Assembly (NCBI GenBank): GCA_905178155.1
Contig: CAJINV010000012.1
Span: 3,467,144-3,531,143 of the forward strand
Direction: 5' to 3'
DNA from: Amoebophrya sp. A120
Taxonomy: Eukaryota > Protista > Dinoflagellata
Length of the DNA: 64,000 bases
The position numbers and the translations under genes were made by a program. The first letter of the stretch is position 1; each line of letters starts with the position of its first letter. The notes under the pieces were generated by a model. It was given only the letters and a program-made list of their open reading frames with translations. It did no database searches and was not told where the DNA came from. Positions 49,301 to 58,980 of the stretch are shown here, in pieces.

Positions 49301-50642
49301 CTTGACCAATTTCTCCAGTCACTTGACAGGTATAGAGTAGAACATAATGATAATAGCGAACGATTGATCATGGTGCGACGCGGCTGATATGTTTTATGGA
49401 GCTCTTTTTTTTTAGTTGGAATTGTACTCCTTTACGCTCCTGCACATAAATCATTCTCAACATCGTTCAAAATCCAGAGTGAATCAAACTTCCCCACAGC
49501 TACCAAGGAGATCCACGCGCCACCAGGCTCGGCGAACCCAGAGCAACAGCTCACAAGCCTCCAGGAGACCTTCTGGGCACAGAATCTGAGAACCGTGTTT
49601 TCTCTCCCCGCTCGGTACCTGAATTTCCAGAAGGAAGCACTGATCCTTCCGGATCTCGGGTCTTCGTCAGCTGCTTCCGCATTCGTTTTGTCGTCCTCTA
49701 GTTCCGGCGGCGGCGACTTGATCTTCATCCGGCAAGAGATCATTGACCAACTATTGGACTTCTTCAAAAACTTGGCCCTCCGCTGTCCGGGTATCAAAAG
49801 CAAATGTGTCTGGGTCTGGAAAGTAGACCTCGTGATGCTACAGTATGCTGGATAGGCTAGGGGCTCTCAAGTGCAGCAAAGCATGACAAGTTTATTTTAC
49901 CTGACGCCATTTTATGCGTAGCACGCATGAAAAACTGCGTTTTTGCATGACGAAAAACAAAGTGGCGCCTTTGCTGGCCGTGCAATACAGATTTATTTTC
50001 AGGGCTACAAGACATGCAACAAAAATTCAACTTTTCATCCAGACCCAGACATATTTGCAATGCATACCGGGCGTTTTGTCGCAGTTCCTGTCCGCGTATC
50101 CAGAGGATGTCTTCCGTATCATCGGCGCCATGCGGCTGGGCGAAACCGCAACAAACCACGAAGCCGTGATGAAGCAAACGAACACGTTTTTGGAGCTTTG
50201 CGTGCAGGTGGTGATGAGGGGGGGAGAAACAGAAAGTGAAAGTAGAGAAACGCCGCTTGATGCAAGAACTCCAGGAGAGCAGGGCGCCGGCGAGCAGGAC
50301 CGAAATCAGAAAGCAGCTTGTTGGTGGAAAACAGACGTGTTTCTGAGACACTGTTTCGCCCCGATATTCCAGCGGCTGTTGGCAGAAACCACGACGGGGA
50401 CAACCGTTGTAGGCAGCACGACGAATAACAGCAGCAAAACCCCGGACGCAAAACGCGCATACACGGAAATCGGGGTGTTGGTGGCGCGGGATGCGGGCAT
50501 TTGGGGAATCGCGAACGAGATTTTGACTGCAGCTGGGCTGAATGTCAGCGGGTTTTTGGAAAAATACCGGATTTTCGAAGCTGGAAGTAGAGACTACGTG
50601 CCTATTGGAAAACATTTTGCGGACGAAATGTTTCGGCTGTAG
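40326..50642 (+). CDS. XPOT: Exportin-T (tRNA exportin, Los1/XPOT family), divergent; 22 introner introns plus one GT-AG intron (49330-49415)
   Basis: The spliced product shows XPOT-like blocks in order: QRQEAENFVN, EQIQYYCL, KNKLSFIY, DCLLAMKEFIPWVE, CCDVFDALLKRK, EFLEYQKHLK, IRKRVAYNFNKFVK, IFEALGV, VKSAFRVFLRQMM. The frame is continuous across all junctions. Confidence 0.82.
40440..40629. mobile_element. Introner family A (degenerate)
   Basis: TSD acacg/acacg. Confidence 0.9.
40695..40952. mobile_element. Introner family B
   Basis: TSD agtac/agtac. Confidence 0.92.
41073..41227. mobile_element. Introner family A
   Basis: TSD tctgt/tctgt. Confidence 0.92.
41271..41545. mobile_element. 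Introner family B
   Basis: TSD actac/actac. Confidence 0.92.
41964..42225. mobile_element. Introner family B
   Basis: TSD gacac/gacac. Confidence 0.92.
42329..42639. mobile_element. Introner family D (right end AGA instead of ATA)
   Basis: TSD aaagc/aaagc. Confidence 0.9.
42834..42989. mobile_element. Introner family A
   Basis: TSD cgcaa/cgcaa. Confidence 0.92.
43057..43380. mobile_element. Introner family D (different interior)
   Basis: TSD ttgag/ttgag. Confidence 0.92.
43465..43614. mobile_element. Introner family A
   Basis: TSD aaaaa/aaaaa. Confidence 0.92.
43668..43932. mobile_element. Introner family B
   Basis: TSD ctgtg/ttgtg. Confidence 0.9.
43990..44295. mobile_element. Introner family E-related (TIR TATG..AGCCTCAGAATGGAAAT.CTCAAAGTGGAAAT)
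   Basis: ~50-bp TIR; TSD tccct/tccct. Confidence 0.93.
44682..44834. mobile_element. Introner family A
   Basis: TSD ctgga/ctgga. Confidence 0.9.
44888..45208. mobile_element. Introner family D, inverted relative to 42329
   Basis: TSD gaaat/gaaat. Confidence 0.9.
45507..45771. mobile_element. Introner family B
   Basis: TSD ggagg/ggagg; also readable as a GT-AG intron. Confidence 0.92.
45952..46219. mobile_element. Introner family B (right end ATC)
   Basis: TSD cctct/cctct. Confidence 0.88.
46293..46449. mobile_element. Introner family A
   Basis: TSD ggcgc/ggggc. Confidence 0.9.
46565..46701. mobile_element. Introner family A
   Basis: TSD acgaa/gcgaa. Confidence 0.9.
47482..47630. mobile_element. 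Introner family A
   Basis: TSD tttga/tttga. Confidence 0.92.
47700..47971. mobile_element. Introner family B
   Basis: TSD ttgaa/ttgaa. Confidence 0.92.
48555..48764. mobile_element. Introner family C
   Basis: TIR TATCCAAGAAAAAAAC; TSD tttaa/tttaa. Confidence 0.92.
49116..49265. mobile_element. Introner family A (left end TAC)
   Basis: TSD gactt/gactt. Confidence 0.9.
49792..50066. mobile_element. Introner family B
   Basis: TSD ccggg/ccggg. Confidence 0.92.
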
Positions 50643-51404
50643 ATCATGGTGGATTTTGTTGTAGGAGGTGTTGAATGTTTTAGTCGCGAAGCCTGTTTTC
50701 CCGGCACCAGTGTAGTTTGACAACGTCTAATATGCGACGGCGATTCCACCCGGCGCGAGTAACAACAACAACAAGACATAGTGCAGCAGCTGCACACGAA
50801 GATGCGTCCAGCTGTTCCTTCACCCCAATTATTCGCCCGAAGACAGAAGTGGCATTGCTCTCTACTTCTGGTGACTGTTGGTAATAAGTTTATAATCCTC
50901 GGAACGAAACAAGTTGTAAGATCCAGATCATCACGCTAAAATCTCAATGGGGCATCACGACCTTTGAAGATGCCATGGATGAAAAACCCGGAGGTATTCT
51001 TCCCTCATCTAGTACTTGCTTTGGATGAAATGCCACTTTGTCCCCGTTGTTCCACCAGATCGCGATAGCTGTTTTTTGGTTCTCCTGCCCAGAAATACCA
51101 AACCCATGTCGGATTCCTTTTTCCTCGTCATCCTCGGTGTGCAAATTTGCGAGCAGGAAGAGTGAGAGTGTTGATATTGTCGAGCAGGGTTTCGTGCAGC
51201 TACATGCCTACGGCTCGTACTACGACAGTCGTGATCCGAACAAGAAGAAGTGCGGTCAGCAATTCGAATTCTTTTTCTTGAACGACTCTTTCTGTGAACG
51301 GCACTGCTTAATACCTGATTCAACGTCCGTTGAGGACTCGAAGAAAAGTAGTACAATAGTTCATTGCAGAGAGCATGCAGGAGCATGGTATCCTTTGATA
51401 AAAT

Positions 51405-52520
51405 GAAAGCGTCAACCGTATGAAAAGGACAGCAGGAGCACAACTTTCTTCCTCCTGCCAATTTTCTGTGTCTTCCTCTTTTGGTGAAGTGGATCTTTGC
51501 TAAAATCGGCTTGCACATCCAGTCGAACTTTTTGCGGAAACAAATTCGATCGGTTCTTCCATATCGCTGCACTTAATCCGCCTGAGAAGATGAAATATCA
51601 AATGAGGATCTTAAAAATAGCTCGGCTCACACGAAGATGGGCAGTTCCTCATCGGTTTAATCCAGGACCCTCAGCCTCAAAATTGTGTCTTCTAGTACTA
51701 GCTGTTATCCGTGTGACCGCAGTATATGTACACGAGCGCAGCCGTGCCGCTTGCTGTAGCAAGGGCCACAGACTCTAGAGCAGGGGAAGGAGGTGAGTGG
51801 GAAAGGAGGGAAAGGGGAAGGGAGCGAGCGGGAGAGGGGGGACGCAGAAAAGAGGGGGGGAGCCCGAAAGGGGGGGGGGAGGGGCAGGAAGGTGGAAGGA
51901 GGGGGGGAGCCGGGAAGGCGCTGCCAAAGAGAAGGAGAGAAAGCAGCAACGGGCTAAAAGGAAAGGGAGAAGAGGAGCAAAGACAAAGACGTGGAAACAG
52001 GGGAAAACGCTTTAAAGAGGGGTGAGCAGCAGGGGGGAAACGGGGGGTAATGCGAAAAAAGACGGGCATGCCAGGGCAGAGAGGTAGAGAGAAGAGCGGA
52101 AATAGGAAGCAGGCGGCATTGATGGGAATTCGGGGGGTTTGTTCCTCACGGTAGAAGGAATTCTCCGGACATGAGGTTCCCAGATGATTTCTGATAAGCA
52201 GTCTACGGCGTACTGCTCCACAGGAGGAAGCTTTTAGTAGAATTCCGTGCTCCGTCGGGTCATGAATCTTATCGTATCTAGTATGTTCCACATCGGTTTA
52301 ACACGATGCGCAGTCCCTCATCAGTTTACTCCAGGATCCTCAGCCTCAAAATGGTGTCTTCTCGTATAAACCAAAGAAGAAATCGGCTTGGAAAAAGTTA
52401 CGCACACGACGACCCCACGCAAGGATCCATCTCGGAAATGAATTCGATCAACGAAGATAAGATCTGCGCAAGAAGTATACTCAAAGGCTTTGCCATCTGT
52501 CGGTCAAGCAAGTACAACGA
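51405..52520. repeat. Non-coding segment duplicated at ~60230-60730; this copy carries a purine-rich insert (~51700-52290)
   Basis: Shared blocks CATCCAGTCGAAC, TAATCCGCCTGAGAAG..ATATCAAAT.AGGATCT, GATGGGCAGTTC..TCCAGGA..CAGCCTCAA, GCCATCTGTCG..AAGCAAGT. Confidence 0.7.
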
Positions 52521-52811
52521 AGCATCGGTATAGAAAGATGAATAAGCTTAAGCTGCAGAATGATCCATCGCTATCAGGAACGAGTGACAACATTTAGAGC
52601 TGTAGAGCCCTTGGCTCCTACGATTAGCCTCTCATCCTTCAGTTAGTTTATTTTGGTGCATTGGAAGCGAATCTGATTTAACGCAAAGAATAAGTATTCT
52701 TTCTTGTCTTGTGCTACGCTGGATCGAAATCATTTGTAAAAAAAAGCAACACTACTTTTTTTCCTACCACGGAAGCTACGAACTCAGACTCTGAAGCCAT
52801 CGACAGTTTTG

Positions 52812-55226
52812 ATGTCTACGAAGGCAGTTGCAGTTCGTTCCAGTGAAAGTAGAATGTTGGTTACCACGAAAAACAAGGCGTCTGGCGGCCACGTCATGCT
52901 CTCGGCTCTGGCCGTGTTGGGGGCCGCGTACTCCGCGCCCGGCCTTGTGAACGGTGCGGGCTTGCGCCCCGCAGGTGCGACATCTAATTCTGAAGATCCG
53001 CCAGCAATCCGCGTATATCTTGGACTTGGCGGAAGCGTCGGTGGGACCTTGCCCAGGAGGCTCGACGCCTCTACGGCGGCACGTATGCTACACGACATGG
53101 CTTCGGGGCTAGCGCTAGTGCCAGCAAATGACAAAATCGTTTACAACGGCCTTGCATGTCAGACTCAGACAGTTGATAGTTTGTTGCAGGGCCGTGCGGA
53201 GGATTTGGGCACTATCCTCCCACCCGGCACTGAGGAGATTAACTTATTCGCTGGAATGCCGGACTTGCTTGAGGAGATGCCTGCCGAAGGTGCGAGCCTT
53301 GGCCTTCCTGTCGATGGTGCAATGGATGATGAAGGCCAACTGGAGCAAATCTGCGAGGTCTTGCAAATCAACGCGGAGGACTTGCTCGAGGATCGGTACG
53401 CCGCACGGGCTAGAAAGAAGCACAAGCTCTCGGGAACTAAACTCGAGGACTATCTCGCGCATCTGCGCACGCAAGCGGAAGAGCACGTGAAGCGCACTCT
53501 TCCGGCCATCGGCAAGGAGAAAAACCCGGAACGCAAATTGGACCACCAGCGCAAGTTGGTCAAGCTCATTTTTGCTTGGCGGAATTTAAACGGGTCCAAG
53601 GGCTGGGCGGGGTTTCCGGATATTGAGGAAACTAGACTGATTCAGATTAGCGCCTTTGCGATTATGGCGCTCTTCGGACACGCGCGAGCCAGCGAGCACG
53701 GCCAGAGCTACCCTTTTTTGTCGCCAACCCAGCTCGCGTTCAGCCACTTGTGTAGGTACTACGTCTTAGTGAAAGGGGAGTTTCGCGACGCTTTGAAGTC
53801 TGCCTGGGTCGCCCCGTTACCGGAATTCCCTCGCGCGGATCTTCAGGCATCGGATCATCCCCGTCGGATCTTCAGGCATCTAATAACCAACGTAGGTGGA
53901 ATCGACATGAGCATGGCTGCCCTCGAACGATCCGCGAAGCGCTTAATGGAGAACGCAGCCCCCCCTCTCTCCCCTGCTGCTGACTGGGAATCACTACTAC
54001 TACTAACGAAACAGGATCAAGCGAGGGTAGCAAGCTATCTAGAGGACATCGAAGCGCTGGCGTCCAGAGTCGAGCTTGGCGGTCCCGTCCGCTTTTTTGA
54101 TGTCGATGGCATACTGATAACGGCAACCCGAGTGGGTTGGTCCGAAGAGCAAGAAGACGTCGACGAGTTTGCGGAAAAGTTCCACTTGGATGCTACCGGG
54201 TTTGGGGATCAACATAGTGAACATTTGCTCACATATGACCAGATCCAGTCCGCGCGCGCGCACGCCGTAGAAGTAGAGTATGGATCTGTCAGGATTGAAA
54301 TCGTCAAAGTTGAAATGATTTGCGGCCATGCATAAAATGCAAGGCATAAAGTGCCTGCCTTGCCGGGATGGCAAGGGGGGCAGATTGTGAGCCTATTTAG
54401 GGTTTGGGATAGAGCTGCTAAAAGAGCATGACAAAAGCAGTCTTCTGTGCCCAAACAGCATGACAAATTGGATTCCGGTGCTCCGAAGATTTGTCATGCG
54501 CCGCTTGAAAATTGGGCTTCCAACTGGTATCCATTTTATGCATGGCAAATCATTTCAACTTTGACGATTTCAAGCCTGACGCTTCCATATAGAACAAGGC
54601 AAGTCTAAGTTCGGCCAGTTTGTGCTCGAGAAGCTGAAGAGCGATCTGGATGAGAAGGTGGAAATCATCATGAGAGCGGAGAAGGCTCGTCGCTGCGCTT
54701 CTTCGACCCATGAGCCAAACCGGGAAGCTACAACTACAAGTGAAGCGAATACGCAGCCCGCCGGTCGTACGGCGAGTACTACCGTGCTGTCCCAGACCAA
54801 GGCCGCTGTCAAGTTCAGGGCCAAGCGTGAGCGACGGCGTCGGGTTCGGCAGTACGCTTCTTCGCGCCGTGCGGTATGGATTGTAAAAATGTCTGGGTCT
54901 GGAAGAGTGCGCGATTTGTCATGCAGCTTTTCCATGACCCATGAGATGACCATGAGGTCTGGAATGCAGGTTCTAGCATGACAGATTCTGTGCGATCTCT
55001 CTCATGCCTCTCCTGCATGAGAAACTTCCTCCCGACTTGCTCTGGTAATCATGCAGCACAGATTTTTGCATGCTTTTTACTTCAATTCAATTCAATTCAG
55101 ATTTAGCATGACAAGTTGCAATCTTCCAGACCCAGACACTTTTACATTTGATACGCAGGTCCTCCGAGCACTTCTCGTGAAGCGGTTATTTCCCCAAGCG
55201 GGTCAACGTCTGAAGCCTTCCTTTGA
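52812..55226 (+). CDS. Hypothetical protein with an N-terminal hydrophobic (signal-like) segment; 2 introner introns
   Basis: A 490-codon exon joins EVE-QGKSKFGQFVLEKL in frame; the last exon frame is ambiguous (stop at 55226 or 55233). Confidence 0.75.
54279..54589. mobile_element. Introner family E (TIR TATGGA..TGTCAGG.TTGAAATCGTCAAAGTTGAAATGATTTGC)
   Basis: ~45-bp TIR; TSD tagag/tagaa; near-identical to 57934-58250. Confidence 0.92.
54875..55153. mobile_element. Introner family B, inverted relative to 8061
   Basis: TSD tgcgg/cgcag; the interior is the reverse complement of that of 8061-8322. Confidence 0.9.
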
Positions 55227-55599
55227 GGCGTAGGCCTTCGGAAAGCCTCTCTTATTTGAACTTGTTACGCGATCTATCTCCTTTCGAAGAATTTCCTTTT
55301 GTTTCCGCACAACAACCAAAAGAGCACTGCGCCACTCATTGCAGAGCTTTGTAGGTTTATGGTCAGGCCGTAGCAAGAAGTCATGGCGTTCTGAAGAAGG
55401 AAAGAGTTGTGATGTTTGCGAGGAGCTCGCGATGAAGAGCTGGCGAATGGAGGAGAGTTCTTTTGATCTTGATCGAGAATTACTAAACATTCATCTCGTC
55501 TTAGGCGACGAGGACGCCGACGAAAAAGAAGAACGACGAACAAAAAAGTAGCTTCCAGCCCTCCGCAATTTTTTGCCGATCACGAAAAACAGTTTGACG

Positions 55600-56170
55600 C
55601 ACTACCGAACCACGAACGCAGCGCCGTTTTTGCGTTTTTTGCCTTCTTCAGGATATTGATATATATTATAAGGAGCAGCTACTAAAGATAAAGAAAATCA
55701 GTTAGCAAGATATTGCAGTGCCTGAAGTTCAGGCAACAGGTACAGCGTAGCTCAGGTAGCGCCAGTGACTAAAAAAGTCAGCGCCTGAAGTTCAGGTAAC
55801 AGATAGCAAGCTAGCAGCAGTTAGTTTACTAAAAGAAATTCTGTGACGGTGCCGTTGCGTGTCCCGATCATGTTCAAGAACTGCCAGCACTAAGGACGCG
55901 CGACGCACCACCGAACCACGAACGCAGCGCCGTTTTTGCGTTTTTTCCCTTCAGGATAAGGGGCAGCTACTAAAAAAAAATCAGTTCGCAGGATACTTCA
56001 ACGCCTGAAGTTCAGGCAACAGGACAGGATAACTCTGCAGGTAGCAGCAGTTACTAAAAAAAAATCAGCACCTGAAGTTCAGGTAACAGGATAAGCAGAA
56101 GTTAGTTACTAAAAGAATTCCTTCGATGTCGTTGCGTGTCCCGATGTTCAAGAACTACCAGCGCTAAGGA
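55600..56170. repeat. ~306-bp tandem duplication containing CCTGAAGTTCAGG quasi-palindromes
   Basis: CCGAACCACGAACGCAGCGCCGTTTTTGCG at 55605 and 55911. Confidence 0.85.
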
Positions 56171-56180
56171 TATGATCAAT

Positions 56181-57007
56181 GTGTCGTCGTCGTAGAAGTT
56201 TATCGGAAATTTCGAATTTTCCATGGCTCGGAACCTCCCAATAGAATAGCTCGCCAGAAAATTTTAGTTGATTTCACTGGGGAATGATTTTCCTTTCCGG
56301 GCACCTGACCGCGTCCGACACAGCTACATCGCCGGGCAAAGCGGTCCGACTACACCTGCGGAGAAGTTGATGTCCCACCTTTGGGCCGCCCAAAAGTGAA
56401 AGCTAAAGCTTCAGGTTGAAAAAGTGAAATCTCGCTCAGATTTCACTTTCTGAGAAGTTGAGGCAGTCGTAGTTTTGGTCGTTTGTCAAAAAGTGAAACT
56501 TCACTGAGATTTCACTTTTTGAGCGCATTTTTTGAAAGATCTCACTTTTGGGCCACCCCGCCCAAGCGTGAGATTCCGAAAAAAGTGAAATCTCACTGAG
56601 ATTTCACTTTTTTTCAGTGCCGCACTGAAAAAGGGGTGAAATCTCACTGAGATTTCACTTTCTGCACTGGAGCCCAGTGCGCCATGGAAAGTGAAATTTT
56701 TCAAAAAGTGAAATTCCAGTGAAGTTTCACTTTTGGAAAGTGAAATTTTGGAAAAAGTGAAATTTCACTGGAAAGTGAATTTTTTCAAAAAGTGAAGTTT
56801 CACTTTTTGAAGGTCTCATGTTTTAGCCGCCCAAAAGTGAAATTTTTCAAAAAGTGAAACTCCACTGGAATTTCAGCCATTTCTCAGTGGCGCACTGGGC
56901 TCCAGTGCGGCACTGGAGCCCAGTGCGCCACTGGGAAATGGGTGAAATTCCAGTGGAATTTCACTTGCGTCGCCGGCGTAGAAGTTTATCGGAAATTTTG
57001 AATTTTC
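56181..57007. repeat. Palindrome-rich AAAGTGAAA/TTTCACTTT array bounded by 41-bp direct repeats
   Basis: Direct repeats at 56181-56221 and 56967-57007 (37/41 identical); multiple AAAGTGAAATCTCACTGAGATTTCACTTT units. Confidence 0.8.
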
Positions 57008-57675
57008 TTCAGGCGAAAATTTTCTGAATGCCAGCCCAGCATCGTGAGTTGAAAAAATGACGACCAGGATCGAGAAGCGTACAAAGGTCCTCTAATCAAT
57101 CGAGATGATCAGATCCACCTCGCGCACTTCACAAAGGAGCGAAATTGAAAATCGCGGTCAATAAAAAAAGAAGTATAATTCGAAAATGAACTTGAACCCA
57201 CCTTTGAAACAAATGCAAAATCCTTGAAGCTGCATCGAGAATTAATTTCAAGTCAAAAGAAGTAAAAGATCAAGCTCAAGATCCTTTTTGTATGTTGCGA
57301 TCTCTAACACATGGCACACATGACCACAAACCTTGAGTATCTATGAGTGGTTGTGCGCTGTGATCTCCATGTATGATGTTTTTTCAAGAGATTTTCCATA
57401 GCTTTATAAAATCCAAAGTTGAAGCTTCCTCGCACAAGAAAATGAAAAACGAACCTGCTTCAGTTTCAGTAAACTTTTGCGTAGCTGCTTCTAGCTCTAT
57501 TCACAAGACCACTTTCACATAATCAAATTAGATTTTTTGTTCGTATCATACACGTGCTTCTTCATCTTCTCGAGTATTCTTTCATTACAACTCTGAACTT
57601 TCCTCTCCTTGTGTTACTCAATATTTACTTCGGACTCGCTCGTTCGTGTCGCAAAGAAACACCAGATCGCCCACC

Positions 57676-58825
57676 ATGGTCGTCGCAACAGACAACAAAT
57701 CGGAGCTGATTGTCAACACGGCAGGCAAGAAACTCATTTCTTTTGCCGAGGTGGAGCAGTTGATGAAGAACTTCGAAGACAACTACAACAAGGGCGACTA
57801 CGCCGGGGCGGTTGACGCCTACAAGAAAACCTGCGACGTGAAGGTGAACGGCGGGACGGAGTGCGGCGGGGTGTTTTCGGGGAAGACGAAAGACGAATTT
57901 GCCGCTTTTTTGAAGTACATGCGCGAGGAGTTGTATGGAAGTGTCAGGTTTGCGATCGACAAAGTTGAAATCATGATTTGCCATGCATAAAATGCCAGGC
58001 ATGAAGTGCCTGTGTTGCCGGGATGGCAAGTGAGGCCGATAATTGTGAGCCTGTTTAGGGTTTATTGACATAGAGCTGCTAAACTAGCATGACAAAAACA
58101 GTCTTCTGTGCTCAAACAGCATGACAAATTGGATTCCGGTGCTCGGAAAATTTGTCATGCGCCGCTTGATAAGTGGGCTTCCGACTGGTGTCGGTTTTAT
58201 GCATGGCAAACTATTTCAGCTTTGACGGTTTCGATCCTGACACATCCATAAGTTGAATGCGAAGGACATGCAGTTTCTCGTCACGTCGGTGAATTCCCTG
58301 AAAGCCAACGTGCACACGGACACCTTCACCACCACCGCGGGTGTTGGGAGCTGCGTGGCCACCTGGGCGTTTGATGAGGAGCAGCAGAAGTGGGAAACTA
58401 TCAAGGACCAAATCACGTTTGCCTTCCACGAGAAGCCGTTCATCTCTCACGAGGTTGTGTGCGAAAAGATGCTCGAATTCGAACAATGCTACAACAAGGG
58501 CGATTTCCCCGGCGCGGCGAAGGCGTATGCCGACAACTGTTTTGTCACGGTGAATGGCGGGAAGGAGCAAAACGGGCCTTTCACTGGGAAGACTAAAGAG
58601 GAATTCGAAGGGTTCTTGCAGTTTATGTACGAAACGGTGGGCGCGAGGGACATGCATTTTACCGTCACCTCCGTGAAGGACAACGTGCACACAGACACTT
58701 TTGTCACCACGAAGGGCAACGGGGCCTGTATCGCGAAGTGGGCACTGGTGGAGGAGGAGTGGAAAACGGTGCAAGATCAGATCACCTGGGTGCCGTTTGA
58801 GGAGGTGGACGAGGCGGCCGCGTAA
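57676..58825 (+). CDS. Protein with two tandem NTF2-like/SnoaL-like domains
   Basis: Repeats FEDNYNKGDYAGAVDAY..VNGG..F.GKTK.EF..FL..DM.F.VTSV..NVHTDTF.TT.G.G.C.A.W...W.T..DQIT; one introner removed in frame. Confidence 0.82.
57934..58250. mobile_element. Introner family E
   Basis: TSD agttg/agttg; join gives REEL-NAKDMQF. Confidence 0.93.
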
Positions 58826-58980
58826 ACAACGGGGTTTTTCGGAGTCTTCGACATCTTCGATTTTTATGTTGCGGCACGGTAGAAGAAGAAGTAGTGGATC
58901 TTCCATTAGATCGACAATTTTTCTCGGGATGCACTAGGTCGTGATTCCGGATGCACGTACTTTCTTCGAAGTGTTGTAAT

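Noticed and set aside
33452-50642. Reading the fragmented ORFs as transposon-killed pseudogenes
   Set aside because: All 37 element+TSD removals in these two genes restore one continuous frame with no stop codons, which is implausible for dead genes
51698-52291. 197-aa Pro/Phe/Leu/Ser-rich minus-strand ORF
   Set aside because: A by-product of purine/pyrimidine strand skew
7949-55233. Many short ORFs with recurring peptides (CKSVWVWK, LPDPDTF, CKSIVLV, RVRYFC, KNPPSPYRKR)
   Set aside because: They are translations of introner TIRs in various frames, not a protein repeat family
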